Positions 1 through 12,049 of a stretch of DNA of 64,000 nucleotides are shown here, one piece after another. Made by a program: the position numbers and the translations under genes. Each line of letters starts with the position of its first letter. The stretch's first letter is position 1. Where the stretch lies: the NCBI GenBank assembly GCA_964016885.1, contig OZ024755.1, forward strand, positions 13,454,001 to 13,518,000, written 5' to 3'. The stretch is from Eledone cirrhosa (lineage: Eukaryota). Below the pieces are notes generated by a model. The model saw nothing but the letters and a program-made list of their open reading frames with translations. It searched no databases and was not told the DNA's origin.

Positions 1-3000
1 CTCCTTCTCCTGTATTTTTCTGACAACGTTTACATCAAGTGGGCAGCTGATCTCCACAACAGAACACGTTTTCAATGTGTGGTCCCAAACTACAATATCA
101 GGCCGGTTGTGCTTTAATTTGGTGGCAGTTTTTATTTTCAGGTTCCACCAGTATTCCTTAGTGCCATCTGTCTCAATATATTCTTCCTCGTTTGTTGTTA
201 ATTTTGTTTTCCGAAGTGCGTTCCAGATAGTTCTAGCTATCCCATCGTGTCTCATGGGGAGGTAGTAGCGAGATGACATTCTTTCGCAGCTGGCAACAAT
301 GTGGCTTACATCCTCGATCTTTGTTTTACATAGCCTACATTTATTGTCAGCTGCTGGCCCTCCTCTTTTGTGCAGCAGATATTTGGTAGGGAGTTCTTGT
401 TCCTGTATTGCATAGAGATATCCCTCAAGGTGTGATGTCATAAACTTGTCGGAACTCCATGCCAGGCTTTTTGAGTGGTTTATCCCCTCTATGGTCTGTG
501 TTTTACGCCTCAAGTATCCATGCACAACTTTCTCTGTAAATTGGTCAATTTTTTTTTCTTGTTTGAACATTGAATAGGATCTTCCGATTTCTCTGGGTGA
601 GAGATTTATATCAGGCTTTATTCCATATCTCTCCTCCAGATCAGTCGCTATTCTAATGATATTTCTTTTTTCATGCTCATAAACCTGAGCAAGATGGTCG
701 CCAACCTTTTTCCTCTGTTGAAGGTGTTGCTTCAGTGTTACTATCCGGGTCTCATATGTTGTTAATATTGATTTTAGACCCCGGCCACCTTCCTTGCGTG
801 AGAAGTATAGCCTATCCACATCACCATTGATGTTAAAGTTCCCAGTAACACTGAGAAGTTTACGAGTTCTAACATCCATCTCACTTAGTTCTTGCAATGA
901 CCAGTTCAGTAGGCCAAATGTTGGCGTTATAATTGGCACAGCATAGGTATTGTGGGCAATGTATTTGTTGTATGCTGACAGTTCTGATGACCATATTTTT
1001 TTTACTCTTCTGAGGTATTCAGTTCTGGTTCTCTCCTTATTTATGGGTCCATCATATCTGACATTCTCATCCTGTCCAAGATATCTGTAGTTGTCACCTG
1101 ACTGCAGAGGTTGTATTGTCAGGCCGTTCATATCTAGATTTCTAGAGGAGGGCACAGCTCTTCCACGTTTTACTGCCAAATATGCACACTTGGACTCACC
1201 AAATTTCATTTTGATGTCGGTTGAAAATTGTGTAATGAGGTCCAATTGTTTCTTGATGTCATTGATATTTGGCCCATACAACTTCAGGTCATCAACAAAG
1301 AAAAGATGGGAGATACTTCTGGGCCCACTTCTTTGTCCACCTTGTTTCCTGAGTAGGTAAGATAGTGGATTCAGTGAGAGAACGAAGAGTAGTACTGACA
1401 AGCTATCACCCTGAAAGATGCCCTTCTGGTAATGTATCCTATCAGTCTTAACCTGCTCCTTCTCACCTCTAAGGATCAAATTGGTGTACCAGTTCTTGGT
1501 CAGGCGTTCAACAGCAGCTACTAATGGTTGTGGGACTTTAGCTAACTGTAAAGCCTTAATAATCCACCCATGAGGTACACTATCAAATGCTTTTTGATAG
1601 TCCAGCCACACGACAGTCATGTTTCTGCGATTCTTTGTTGTTTTTTCCTGAATCATTTTGTTAGTTAGTAGGTGATCTATGCAACCCCACACCTCCCTCT
1701 TTCCACCAGCTTGCTCAGGTGTTATGATGTTGTTGGTAGCACAGTGATCCTGTAAGAACAGGTTAAGGCACCCAGTATATAATTTATACATGATGTTTTG
1801 GCAGGCAATTGGGCGGTAATTTTTAGCAAGGGTGGTTTGGCTATTTTTGGGAATGAGGAGAGTAGTGGCAGTTGATAACCATCTGGGCAGTTCTTGTGTG
1901 CCCTTAATGGTTTCTGTAAACAGCCGTATGAGATCTTGCCGATAGAAAGTGAAATTCTTCAACCAGTATCCTGTAATGAGGTCTGGGCCTGGCGATTTCC
2001 TATTCGACATTTTCTGTAGAGCTGTTTCCAGTATTGACCCATCTATGTCATATTGTTTTGTCTGGACATGTTGGCAGTAGTCCTGTTCCAGTTGTTTTAG
2101 CCAATTAGCTTGTCTGTTGAATCCGTCATCCGTTTCCCATACAGATCTCCAGTAGTTCTCAACCTGTTCTTTTGAAGGGGTGTCGTTTACAGGGATTGAG
2201 CTTTTGCCACCGAAGCTGCGATAAACTGATTTAGGATCTCTGGCAAACAATCTATTTAGCACTTGTCGTTTATGGGCTGTTGACTTATATTTTAGTCTTT
2301 CTGTTGTAGCTGTGAGTTGTTGTTTCAACTGGTGTAATTTGGAGTTCAAAGTTTTAAATTTGGTATCTCCAAATCGTCTCTCTAACTTTTTCTTTAGGTC
2401 TTCCTGGTGTCGTGTGAAGTTTCTCTCTATGTTGCATTTCATAACGACTGCGATGTGTGAGATACTTCGTCTCAGGGACAAAATTTTGGTTTTTAAATTT
2501 CGCATCCACGCTGGTTCAGGCTTTCTGTTTGTATCTTGATTGCGTGGTTTTAGATGTGTGTTATATGATAGCAATGTGACAGCTGAAACATATAACAAAA
2601 CATTGAGCGTTTCAAATGTCGTTTCTACACCTTTAGATCGTATAGCCTTCAGATAATTGCCAGCTATTTCGTTCACCGCTTCCAATTCCAATTTAGTGGG
2701 TTCTTTACTGACTCTAGTGTTGTATGGTCTGTCACTCACATTAAGGCTGTGTATCTCTTGAAACATATCGTTCCATATCACTTGTAGGGTGCCCACAAGT
2801 TTTTGGTGCTCTGTTTGTTCAGTAGAGTCATGAATTGCAGCCTCGTTGTTGATGTGGTGACAATTACTACTAGAGTCAGCTGACCTTTCTCGCTGTTCTT
2901 CAGTGGAAGTGGGATGGATTTCAGCAAAATTGTTGGTGAGCTGTTCACTGTTAGATTTAGCCGGCCATTCTCTTTGTCTGTCAGTGGAGGTGGGGTGGTT

Positions 3001-3276
3001 GTCTACAAGGGCTGTATTTGTAGTATCACTCGATTCCGTTAGATGTATCAATTTACATCTAATGATACGTTTTGCCTGTTCATTTAGATGCTTTGGAGAA
3101 AAGTCTAATTCTGGGTGTTTGGAGTTCCATAAAGTTTTTAGCCTTTGCATAAAACCGAACTTTTGGGGTTCAGATTGTTTGTATGCTTCATATAATTCTT
3201 TGTTAAGCTCGTAGCTCCACTGTATACAACGGTTGTAATTGCGATTTGGTCGAAGGAGACTTGTACTTTTTGCCAT
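1..3276 (-). CDS. R4/Dong-clade non-LTR retrotransposon polyprotein (N-terminal domain, RT, CCHC finger, restriction-like endonuclease); 3' end lies outside the window
   Basis: Segments translated by hand share the frame of ATG 3276: MAKSTSLLRPNRNYNRCIQWSYELNKELYEAYKQSEP..GFMQRLKTLW, ISHLFFVDDLKLY (~1275-1315), CRLCKTKIEDVSH (~300-340), HNRPDIVVWD..CSVVEISCPLDVN..KIQEKE (1-115); GIFQGDSLS motif at ~1395-1425. No in-window stop, hence absent from the ORF track. Not every codon was checked. Confidence 0.92.
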   Translation of the reverse strand, partial: MAKSTSLLRPNRNYNRCIQWSYELNKELYEAYKQSEPQKFGFMQRLKTLWNSKHPELDFSPKHLNEQAKRIIRCKLIHLTESSDTTNTALVDNHPTSTDRQREWPAKSNSEQLTNNFAEIHPTSTEEQRERSADSSSNCHHINNEAAIHDSTEQTEHQKLVGTLQVIWNDMFQEIHSLNVSDRPYNTRVSKEPTKLELEAVNEIAGNYLKAIRSKGVETTFETLNVLLYVSAVTLLSYNTHLKPRNQDTNRKPEPAWMRNLKTKILSLRRSISHIAVVMKCNIERNFTRHQEDLKKKLERRFGDTKFKTLNSKLHQLKQQLTATTERLKYKSTAHKRQVLNRLFARDPKSVYRSFGGKSSIPVNDTPSKEQVENYWRSVWETDDGFNRQANWLKQLEQDYCQHVQTKQYDIDGSILETALQKMSNRKSPGPDLITGYWLKNFTFYRQDLIRLFTETIKGTQELPRWLSTATTLLIPKNSQTTLAKNYRPIACQNIMYKLYTGCLNLFLQDHCATNNIITPEQAGGKREVWGCIDHLLTNKMIQEKTTKNRRNMTVVWLDYQKAFDSVPHGWIIKALQLAKVPQPLVAAVERLTKNWYTNLILRGEKEQVKTDRIHYQKGIFQGDSLSVLLFVLSLNPLSYLLRKQGGQRSGPRSISHLFFVDDLKLYGPNINDIKKQLDLITQFSTDIKMKFGESKCAYLAVKRGRAVPSSRNLDMNGLTIQPLQSGDNYRYLGQDENVRYDGPINKERTRTEYLRRVKKIWSSELSAYNKYIAHNTYAVPIITPTFGLLNWSLQELSEMDVRTRKLLSVTGNFNINGDVDRLYFSRKEGGRGLKSILTTYETRIVTLKQHLQQRKKVGDHLAQVYEHEKRNIIRIATDLEERYGIKPDINLSPREIGRSYSMFKQEKKIDQFTEKVVHGYLRRKTQTIEGINHSKSLAWSSDKFMTSHLEGYLYAIQEQELPTKYLLHKRGGPAADNKCRLCKTKIEDVSHIVASCERMSSRYYLPMRHDGIARTIWNALRKTKLTTNEEEYIETDGTKEYWWNLKIKTATKLKHNRPDIVVWDHTLKTCSVVEISCPLDVNVVRKIQEKE

Positions 3277-3449
3277 GATGAGTTCGTCTATTCACTAATA
3301 TTTTGTATTTATTTTTTTTAAATAGTCGATGATCTTCTTTAAAAGTTACGACAAAGTTCTGTCAGAATCAAATTTAAAGTTATTCACAGCTTGGGTAATA
3401 TTTCTTTTCAGTTAGTTTTTAATTCTACAACTGTGTTTTAAACGTTGTT

Positions 3450-3780
3450 CTTGAATCGTTTGAATCGAGAACAAAAAGAACCGTTACTTAGTATATTCCT
3501 TTACGAATGTAATATAATATAACAATGCTGTATTTATATGTTAAAGTTTATGTATCATTCATATAAATAGGTGTTCTACAACATATTCACAACATTCACA
3601 GTTCAAACACTTATATTTTTGTTTCTGAATCGAAAACGTTACTTTTATATTTCTTTATAAATGTAATATAACAACGTTGCATTTATATGTTAAAGTGTAT
3701 GTATCGTTCATATATCATAAGTGTATGTATCGTTCATATAAATAGGTGTTTTACAACACACTTACAGTTCAAACACTTAT
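3450..3780. repeat. two degenerate ~155-165-bp tandem repeats in the LINE 5' UTR
   Basis: cgttactt..tgtaatata..atttatatgttaaagt..tgtatc.ttcatataaataggtgtt.tacaaca..acagttcaaacacttat occurs at ~3481-3614 and ~3637-3780. Confidence 0.85.
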
Positions 3781-3910
3781 GTAGAATTATTGTATGTAAT
3801 CTTACCGCGTAATGTAGCTCAACTTTTTCCAATATATGGTATGTTGCCTTCATGTAAGCCGTAATTACACACGTCCAATTATCGGACACTGACCACAACG
3901 GTCGCCATTG

Positions 3911-4513
3911 TATGTATGTATATGTATGTATATGTATGTATATGTATATGTATGTATGTATATGTATGTATATGTATGTATGTATATGTATGTATATGTA
4001 TATATATGTATGTATATGTATATGTATATATGTGTATATATGTATGTATATGTATATGTATATATGTGTATATATGTATGTATATGTATATGTATATATG
4101 TGTATATATGTATATATATGTATATGTATATATGTATACATATATATATACATATATGTATACATATATATATACATATATGTATACATATATATATACA
4201 TATATGTATACATATATATATACATATATGTATACATATATATATACATATATGTATACATATATATATACATATATGTATACATATATATATACATATA
4301 TGTATACATATATATATACATATATGTATACATATATGTATACATATATGTATACATATATGTATACATATATGTATACATATATGTATACATATATATA
4401 TACATATATGTATACATATATATATACATATATGTATACATATATGTATACATATATGTATACATATATGTATACATATATATATATATGTATACATATT
4501 CATATATGTATAC

Positions 4514-4592
<79 letters not shown>

Positions 4593-4597
4593 TATGT
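3911..4597. repeat. (TA)n-derived microsatellite/minisatellite (TATG, TATGTATACATA units)
   Basis: direct inspection. Confidence 0.97.
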
Positions 4598-4808
4598 ATG
4601 TTGGAGATGCTACTCATCATGCTTGCCAAACATGTGGTAGAGAATGTAAATCAGCAGGAGGACTCAAGCGACATGCAAAAGTACACGAACTCCAACCACA
4701 GCCGACTATTCCCAGTAAATGTTTTGGTTGCCGACTCTGTGCAAGACATTTTAGATCATTGGCTGGGCTAAAAAGCCACATTCGATCGCAGCACTGTTAG
4801 TTGCTATC

Positions 4809-4846
<38 letters not shown>

Positions 4847-5123
4847 GCTTATGTGCGTGCGTGTGTGTGTATATATATATGAATATGTATATTATTATTG
4901 TTGTTGCCGTTATTATTATTATTGCTATTATTATTATTATTATTATTGTTATTAATGTACGTGTGTATATATGTGTGAGTGTATGTGTATGTATGTGTGT
5001 GTGTATATATGTATATGTGTATGTATGTGTGTGTGTATATATATGTGTATATATATATGTATGTATATGTGTGTGTATATATATATATATATCTTTTCCC
5101 TTTTTTTTTTTTTTTTTTTTTTT

Positions 5124-5156
<33 letters not shown>

Positions 5157-5271
5157 TTTTTATTTATTTATTTATTTATTTATTTATTTTTTTATTTTAT
5201 TTTTTTTATTTTTTTTATATTTTTTTTTTATTGTGCAATGGCCATACTCGATAACGAGGGGGCAGCCATCA
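4598..5271 (+). mobile_element. 5'-truncated 3' end of an RTE-like LINE with two C-terminal C2H2 zinc fingers; 3' UTR expanded by microsatellites
   Basis: [43 protein letters not shown] (stop 4800); terminal hairpin CTCG-ATAA-CGAG at ~5247-5258 followed by GGCAGCCATC(AT)n. Confidence 0.65.
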
Positions 5272-5789
5272 TATATATATGTATATATATATATATGTAT
5301 ATATATATGTATATATATATATATGTATATATATATATGTATATATATATATATGTATATATATATGTATATATATATGTATATATATATGTATATATAT
5401 ATGTATATATATATGTATACATATATATATGTATATGTATATATATATGTATACATATATATATGTATATATATATGTATATATATATATATGTATATAT
5501 ATATGTATATATATATATATATGTATATATATATGTATACATATATATATATATAATATATATATGTATATATATATGTATACATATATATATATATACA
5601 TATACATATATATATATATATGTATACATATATATATACATATATATATACATATACATATACATATATATATATATATGTATATACATATACATATACA
5701 TATACATATATATATATATATGTATATACATATACATATACATATACATATATATATATATATGTATATACATATACATATACATATAC

Positions 5790-5820
<31 letters not shown>

Positions 5821-5839
5821 CATATATATATACATATAC

Positions 5840-5870
<31 letters not shown>

Positions 5871-5889
5871 CATATATATATACATATAC

Positions 5890-5920
<31 letters not shown>

Positions 5921-5939
5921 CATATATATATACATATAC

Positions 5940-5985
<46 letters not shown>

Positions 5986-6065
5986 TTAAATATATATATA
6001 CATATATATATACATACATACATATATACACACACACATATATATATATATATACATTAATATAT
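5272..6065. repeat. (TA)n-derived array
   Basis: direct inspection; switches from TATG to TACA variants near 5580. Confidence 0.97.
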
Positions 6066-7212
6066 ATAAAAAAAGACAGAAAAGTAATAAAAAGAAAAAG
6101 TAATAAAAAGAAACTAATATGTGGCGGAAAAGGGGGAAGAGGAGACGCTCGTGTGAGTCGCAATAGACACTACAAAGTAATATATATATATATATATATA
6201 TATTTATTCAAGACAATTAGGATGGAGAGTGAGCGTTTGAATGGAATGTGTGACGACCATAAAAGCCAGAGTGAAAGATAAATGGGAAGAAACATGCTCT
6301 TATTAGCAGAAGATTTAACGTTGCAGATTAACTTGACAAGTGTGATTACAGCGAGAGTTCTCGAGAGTTCGGCCAAGAAAAGAGATCGCCTACTTCCGGT
6401 CGATCAATCTAACAATGATAGTAAAACGACATCCGGGTACTACATAGTTTGATATCGTCGTGGCGCCTAAGTGAAAACAAATCGTAGTTGTGTGTTGATA
6501 TGTATATGTGTATTTGTATGTATATATGTATCTTGTGTATGTATATGTATATATATATGTTATGTATGTATGAGTGTGGTATCTATAACAATATGAAGAA
6601 GGATAGGATGAGAGAGAATGTAAGTGCTATGAGGAGGAAATCGTTTGAAGATAGAAAGAAGAGTTAAAGGAAGAATCGTCTGTTTGACATGCATCAATTC
6701 TATTTGAAGATCTGATTTCAAGAGACTTTACGAGAGTATGGATCACAGTTCGGTCTTGTTTAACATGACACAAATAAAAGCATATAAATATGTTATCCGC
6801 TATCCGGGATTAAATGCCTTCCTATCGAATGGTAACTTAGAGAAAAATATAGCCATATTTTCTGCTTAAAATATAGTTTGTAACTACGTGGAGAAGTTCT
6901 GACATTTTTTAATGTAATACAATGCCATATGATCAATACCATGTACCTTATAGATATATGGATACACATACACATGCACACATATACAGAGATAAGCTTA
7001 AATACCTAAGTGTACATATGTATGTATATATGTGTGTGTGTGTTTGTGTGCGCGCATGCTATGAGCATGTTCTTTGATAACTTAGTTGCATTTGACCGGA
7101 TACAAAGCATATCAAGAAGATACGTTTACACACATATGTAAACACAAACATACATATATACGTATATTTATTAACCCCCCCCCCCCACACACGAAATATA
7201 ACCTTTGTATTC

Positions 7213-7253
<41 letters not shown>

Positions 7254-7449
7254 TATTGCTTTTGAAAACAGCTGGTGATATGCATGTAAGTAAATATTCT
7301 CTCTATCTGATAGTTTGTAAACTTACATAGATCAATAACTGAATATAGATACAATGTATTATCACCATCTAGAAACGATCGTAAAGCAGTGAAGTATATC
7401 TCTAATGACTTGATTTTTTATTTCATTGTTTTAACTTATATATATATAT

Positions 7450-7640
7450 AATTGTTTCTACTTTAGGCACAAGGCCAGCAATTACCCAGTGCATTACTGG
7501 TACTTTATTTTATCGACCCCGTAAGGATGAAAGGCAAAGTTAACCTCGGCAGGATTTGAACTCAGAATGGCAAGGACCGTAACTCTATGCGTCAAAGCAT
7601 GGCGTCCGACCCTCTACTGATACTGCCAATCCACCGCCCT
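7450..7640 (-). mobile_element. tRNA-derived SINE, family A (full length, ~190 bp)
   Basis: minus strand: GGCGGTGGATTGGCAG head, B-box GAGTTCAAATCC, body TTTGCCTTTCATCCTTACGGGGTCGATAAAATAAAGTACCAG, tail AGAAACAATT; >10 related copies in window. Confidence 0.88.
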
Positions 7641-8537
7641 ATATATATATATATAATGATCAGGGATTTTAGATTTCAAAATCACTCACTTGTTCCATTG
7701 CTGCACGAAAACTGTATTGTGTAGGATCATGGATTGTCCTCGAATTAACAGTAAAATGAATGAATGGCGGGGCCTTTGCTGCGGGGAATATTTTAGACGA
7801 TATTTTTCTCATCGCCGGTTAAGTCGAGTTAAACAGAATTCATCAATGTATGATTATATAGAGACGACAGAACAATCGTGCGTTTCAATATACACGAGTA
7901 CAATATAGAAAAACTTTAAGAAACACTAATTAGTATAATCAAAGAGACATAAAAAGCCAGATAAATACAATCATAAAAAATATTTTTTTTCCATATATAA
8001 CATTAAACACAGTCAGTCAAACACTCTCCCTATTGAAAAACAAATAAAACAATATACATCAATAAGGAGTCTAACCACTTATTCACAATTATAAAAATAA
8101 TCAGAGATAAGATTAATTGATGAATATCAAATCTATTTTTAGATAAGGAAATAAAGTTGTTCCGCTTTACAACAGTCTTAAAGATAAGTAGGTTTTAAAT
8201 ACAAAACCTTGAAAAACCTTTACAAACATTGAACAACCTTTAGAAAAATCACTACATCAAATGAAAAGATAATATAATCCTATATGTATTCCGATCAGGC
8301 TATATGCAATATATATGTAAGCTTTTAAACTTTTTTTTTGTTAAATTGTTAAACCACTTAGATTTCTTTAATTATTGTCAGCCTATTCGGTTTTGTAAAG
8401 ATATTGTTTTGTGTTTGCTCTTTTTGCACGTGTTCTCATCTGCAGGAAACAAGGTCGGAATGATTGCGATGGCTTCTATGCTTTTAGCATTGTATTGAAC
8501 TAAATTCCCATTATATATATATATATATATATATATA

Positions 8538-8682
8538 TTACTGGTACTTTATTTTATCGACCCCGTAAGGATGAAAGGCAAAGTAAACCTCGGCGGGATT
8601 TGAATTCAGACCGTAAAGGGACGTAACTATGCTGGAAAGCATGGTGTCCGACTCTCTACCGATACTGCCAATCCACCGCCCT
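8538..8682 (-). mobile_element. SINE family A, tail lost at a (TA)n
   Basis: close match to 7497-7640. Confidence 0.85.
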
Positions 8683-9710
8683 CATTTTCATTTTTCATAC
8701 AAATAATTGTTTCTACTTTAGGAACAAGGCCAGCAATCACCCAGTGCATTACTGGTACTTTATTTTATCGACCCCGTAAGGATGAAAGGCAAAGTCAACC
8801 TCGGCGGGATTTGAACTCAGATCATAAAGAGATGTAACTATGCTGGAAAGCATGGCGTCCGACCCTCTACCGATACTGCCAATCCACCACCCTCATACAA
8901 ATAATGAACTTTAATCAGTTATATATTTTCCATTTTGTTTGATGACCTTCTGTCATCTTTCTGGCAACTTCATGATTCCACGCTCATAGAACTTCTGGTT
9001 CTTATCAGCTAAAAACTGAAGCCAGTGCGATTTCAGGTCATCATCATTATTGAAAGTTTTACCTTTCAAAGAATTTTCCAAACTTCGAAATAAATGGTAA
9101 TCTGATGGTGCAAGGTCAGGGCTATATGGTGGATGTGACATCACTTCCCAACCAAGCTCCAATAATTATTCACAAGTTAGCAAAGACGTGTGGTTTAGTG
9201 TTGTCATGGTGGAAAACGATTCCTTTACGATTTGTCAATTCTGACCTCTCTGCAATCTCTCGCACAGTTATATGATAATCAGATTCAATTATGGCTTTGA
9301 TTCGATCATCATCCGACTTCAGTTCAGTAAGTCGACCAGAACGTTGGTCATCTTTGAGTAAAAAGATCTCCAGAACAGAATTTTAAAAACCATTTCTGAC
9401 ATGTGTGTTCTGTTAAGCAATCAACACCATAAACTTCACAAATATCTTTGTGAGCCTCAGCAGCTTTCTTGCCTTTACGGAAATAAAAAAAGGAAAATAT
9501 GGTGAACATGTTCGTTTTTGCACTCCATGTTAAAATTGACACTGAACTAACAGCTGTAAACAAAATTACGCACAATTTGCTTCTAAAGTAAATTAAAAGT
9601 AACGGCTATCAAATGTCATAGGAAAAAAACCCATAACATTGACAATTCATTCAAAAACATCGTAACTATCTATTTGCAAAGAACGAAATTGCTTTCTTGC
9701 CAACCCTATA
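8683..9710 (-). mobile_element. internally deleted, frameshifted mariner transposon
   Basis: N-terminal HTH remnant FYFRKGKKAAEAHKDICEVYG..CQKWF (9348-9528); C-terminal HPPYSPDLAPSDYHLFRSL (8953-9162); terminus TATAGGGTTGGCAAGAAAGCAATTTCG at 9684-9710; other TIR not found. Confidence 0.88.
8706..8893 (-). mobile_element. SINE family A with 13-bp TSD, inserted in the mariner 3' region
   Basis: TCATACAAATAAT at 8695-8707 and 8893-8905. Confidence 0.88.
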
Positions 9711-10076
9711 TATATACTTATGTGTATGTGTTTATGTGTGGGTATGTGTGTGTGTATTCGTCTTGTGCTTGGTATTTGTTGAATGAGGGAGTTGATGCCT
9801 TTGTCCATATGTGTGTTTACTGTAGGTTTATTATTATCGAATATCCCTCCATTCATCAATATACCTACCTATATATCTAGCTTTGGCTGAGAAGAGTGTG
9901 ATGTGTTTTATTATTATAGTGGAGATGTACCACTGGTACCACTGGTATAGCTCCACAGCTTTCAGAGTGTGTATGTATGTGTGTGCGTGTGTGTGCGTGT
10001 GTGTGTGTTGGTAGGCACCCTGTATTTTAACAGATCTGTGTGAATGTAATGTATGCTTTGTATGTGTGCATGCACA

Positions 10077-10112
<36 letters not shown>

Positions 10113-11269
10113 ATGCATATATATGTATATTCTTCACACCTCCATATATGTAAGTAAACGCTGGATGTCAATATCGTTATTTGAATATATTAGCATATCA
10201 TGTGCATTTTACTATATGTAAATATCCTCATATGGGCACGTATATACACATTGTTACGCACAAAGAGAATTACATCCCTACCTGCACACACAAACGTACA
10301 CAGGCCGATACATATATAAACCAATACACACATACACTATTACACAAACATATAAAGATTAATTCAAGTACACACACCCACACCCACATACACACACACA
10401 CACCCACACACACATATATATATACACACATACACTGATATATATCTATGTGTAGCTAGATGAAGGGATTGGTGTGTCCATGAGTAAATCTGAGTGTGAA
10501 TATAATTGCATGTATTAATGAATGTATGAATGTATTAACGTAAATGTATGCGTGTGTGGGTGTGGTTATATGAATGGGTTGGCTTGTGCATGTACTTGAA
10601 TAAATCTGTCTGATAGTGTATGTATGCATTATTGTATGATTGTATGTATTAGCATGTCTATGTATGCATTATTGTATGTGTGTATGTATGTATTATTGTA
10701 TGTGTGTACGTATTATCGTGTATATGTAATATTTTATGTGTGTATGTATTAACATGTGTATGTATGTGTATGCATGTAGGTATGTATTTAACTTTGTGCT
10801 TGTGCGTGTTTATGTGTGCGTATGACTAAATGAATGGGTTGTCTTGTCGAAGTACTTAAGTAAAATTTTGATCAACGACAAGACTGCATGATTAACCTCA
10901 GTAAACTTTATAGACTGAAAGTAATAGTCAACTTTTCATTTATTTCCTCGTCATACAGAAAGAGAGACAAGTGACATGGAGTATTGGAAACTTTATATCT
11001 ATAACTCATTTGAACCAAGTGTGAATTATTAAAGGAAAATTCTCCATTGACGTCAACGCCGTTGCAAATGTGTAGATTTTAGCGAAAATTGACACCATTT
11101 AATAAAGTCTGTGGGCGAGTTTCGTTTGGTCTTCCTCACCCAAGTTCAACGCCGCCGTTTAGCGAGAAACTCTTAATGGAAAATATGCATGAGAGTAAAT
11201 CTGGCCTCTATGATTCAATGTGTTATTGAAGATTTGTAGATTTTTGTGCTCCCCTGACTGTGGATTTAT

Positions 11270-11400
11270 GGCGCATGCAATGCTATGTGGCTAAAGAGTT
11301 CGGTTCGCAACCGCGTAGTTTCGAGTTATCTACCATTGCATAGTACCCTGGGCTAGTGTCTTCTACTGTAGTACTATACTCTCAGTTTGGTCAGTGCCTT
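11270..11400 (+). mobile_element. degenerate tRNA-derived SINE, family C
   Basis: gtggctaaagagttcggttcgcaacc..ccctgggctagtgtcttctact; related heads at ~13665-13725, ~47875-47955, ~55880-56035. Confidence 0.55.
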
Positions 11401-11419
11401 GTGTATGTATGTATGTTAT

Positions 11420-11790
11420 GTCAGGTCAGGTCGCTTTCGAGTGCTACTGGTAACATGTATCCCAGTACAAGCTTGCTTGGTGAGGAGGGTGATATTTAGA
11501 CACCCTTCGGGATAAAATACAAAACCCGGCAAAGGGCGGAGGAACTCAAGAGTCAACGGCCATCCAAATAGTACTTTTTTTTTTCATTTGGGAATGAAAA
11601 GCCCCCAGTTGTTGTCACGACACCTTTATAAGAGAGGGAAACTCTGAAAAAAAAAAAAAACCTGCGGCTTCAGAAGCATCCGATGATGTTGACCAGTTCT
11701 CCTTTTCGGGTAGTGTTTTCGTTGTTAATAGAGTGGGATTTGTCGAGTGCAAGGCCTCTCCCCACTTAAACCACCTTCAAAGCAAAGGCA
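11420..11790 (+). mobile_element. probable old retroelement fragment resembling an RTE-type 5' UTR
   Basis: GC-richer block with gagggaaactctgaaaa..aaacc motif; recognised by resemblance only. Confidence 0.3.
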
Positions 11791-12049
11791 TTGCTTGTTC
11801 AGGATCTGTTATAATCTGACAAACGATTGCAATACTCTTAGCTTAGCAGACTTTGCAGCCATCATGTATGTACCTGCAGATTTTATCCTTACCGAGAATT
11901 TTTTTTATCGAAAACCAAACAGGTCCGAGATTTAGGAGATTCTCCGTAGTCCCTGGCTAAAAGTCCTCCAGAATAAACTATTTAGGTCAACTTTTCTGAT
12001 GTGCAGAGTTCCCCCGAGAATGTCTTTCTCCACCATTAATCCTTCACCA

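Larger units (their letters stand above)
1..3910 (-). mobile_element. R4/Dong-like LINE, 5' part including ~630-bp 5' UTR abutting a (TA/TATG)n array
   Basis: ORF above, plus non-microsatellite upstream sequence ending sharply at ...GTCGCCATTG|TATGTATG. Confidence 0.8.

Noticed and set aside
3734-6281. Long ORFs rich in Y/I/M/C/H/T (also 30394-31992, 35936-36660, 57699-60000)
   Set aside because: Translations of TA/CA microsatellites that lack stop codons; not genes.
7540-7640. tRNA gene (B-box GTTCAAATCC)
   Set aside because: No cloverleaf; it is the head of a multi-copy SINE.
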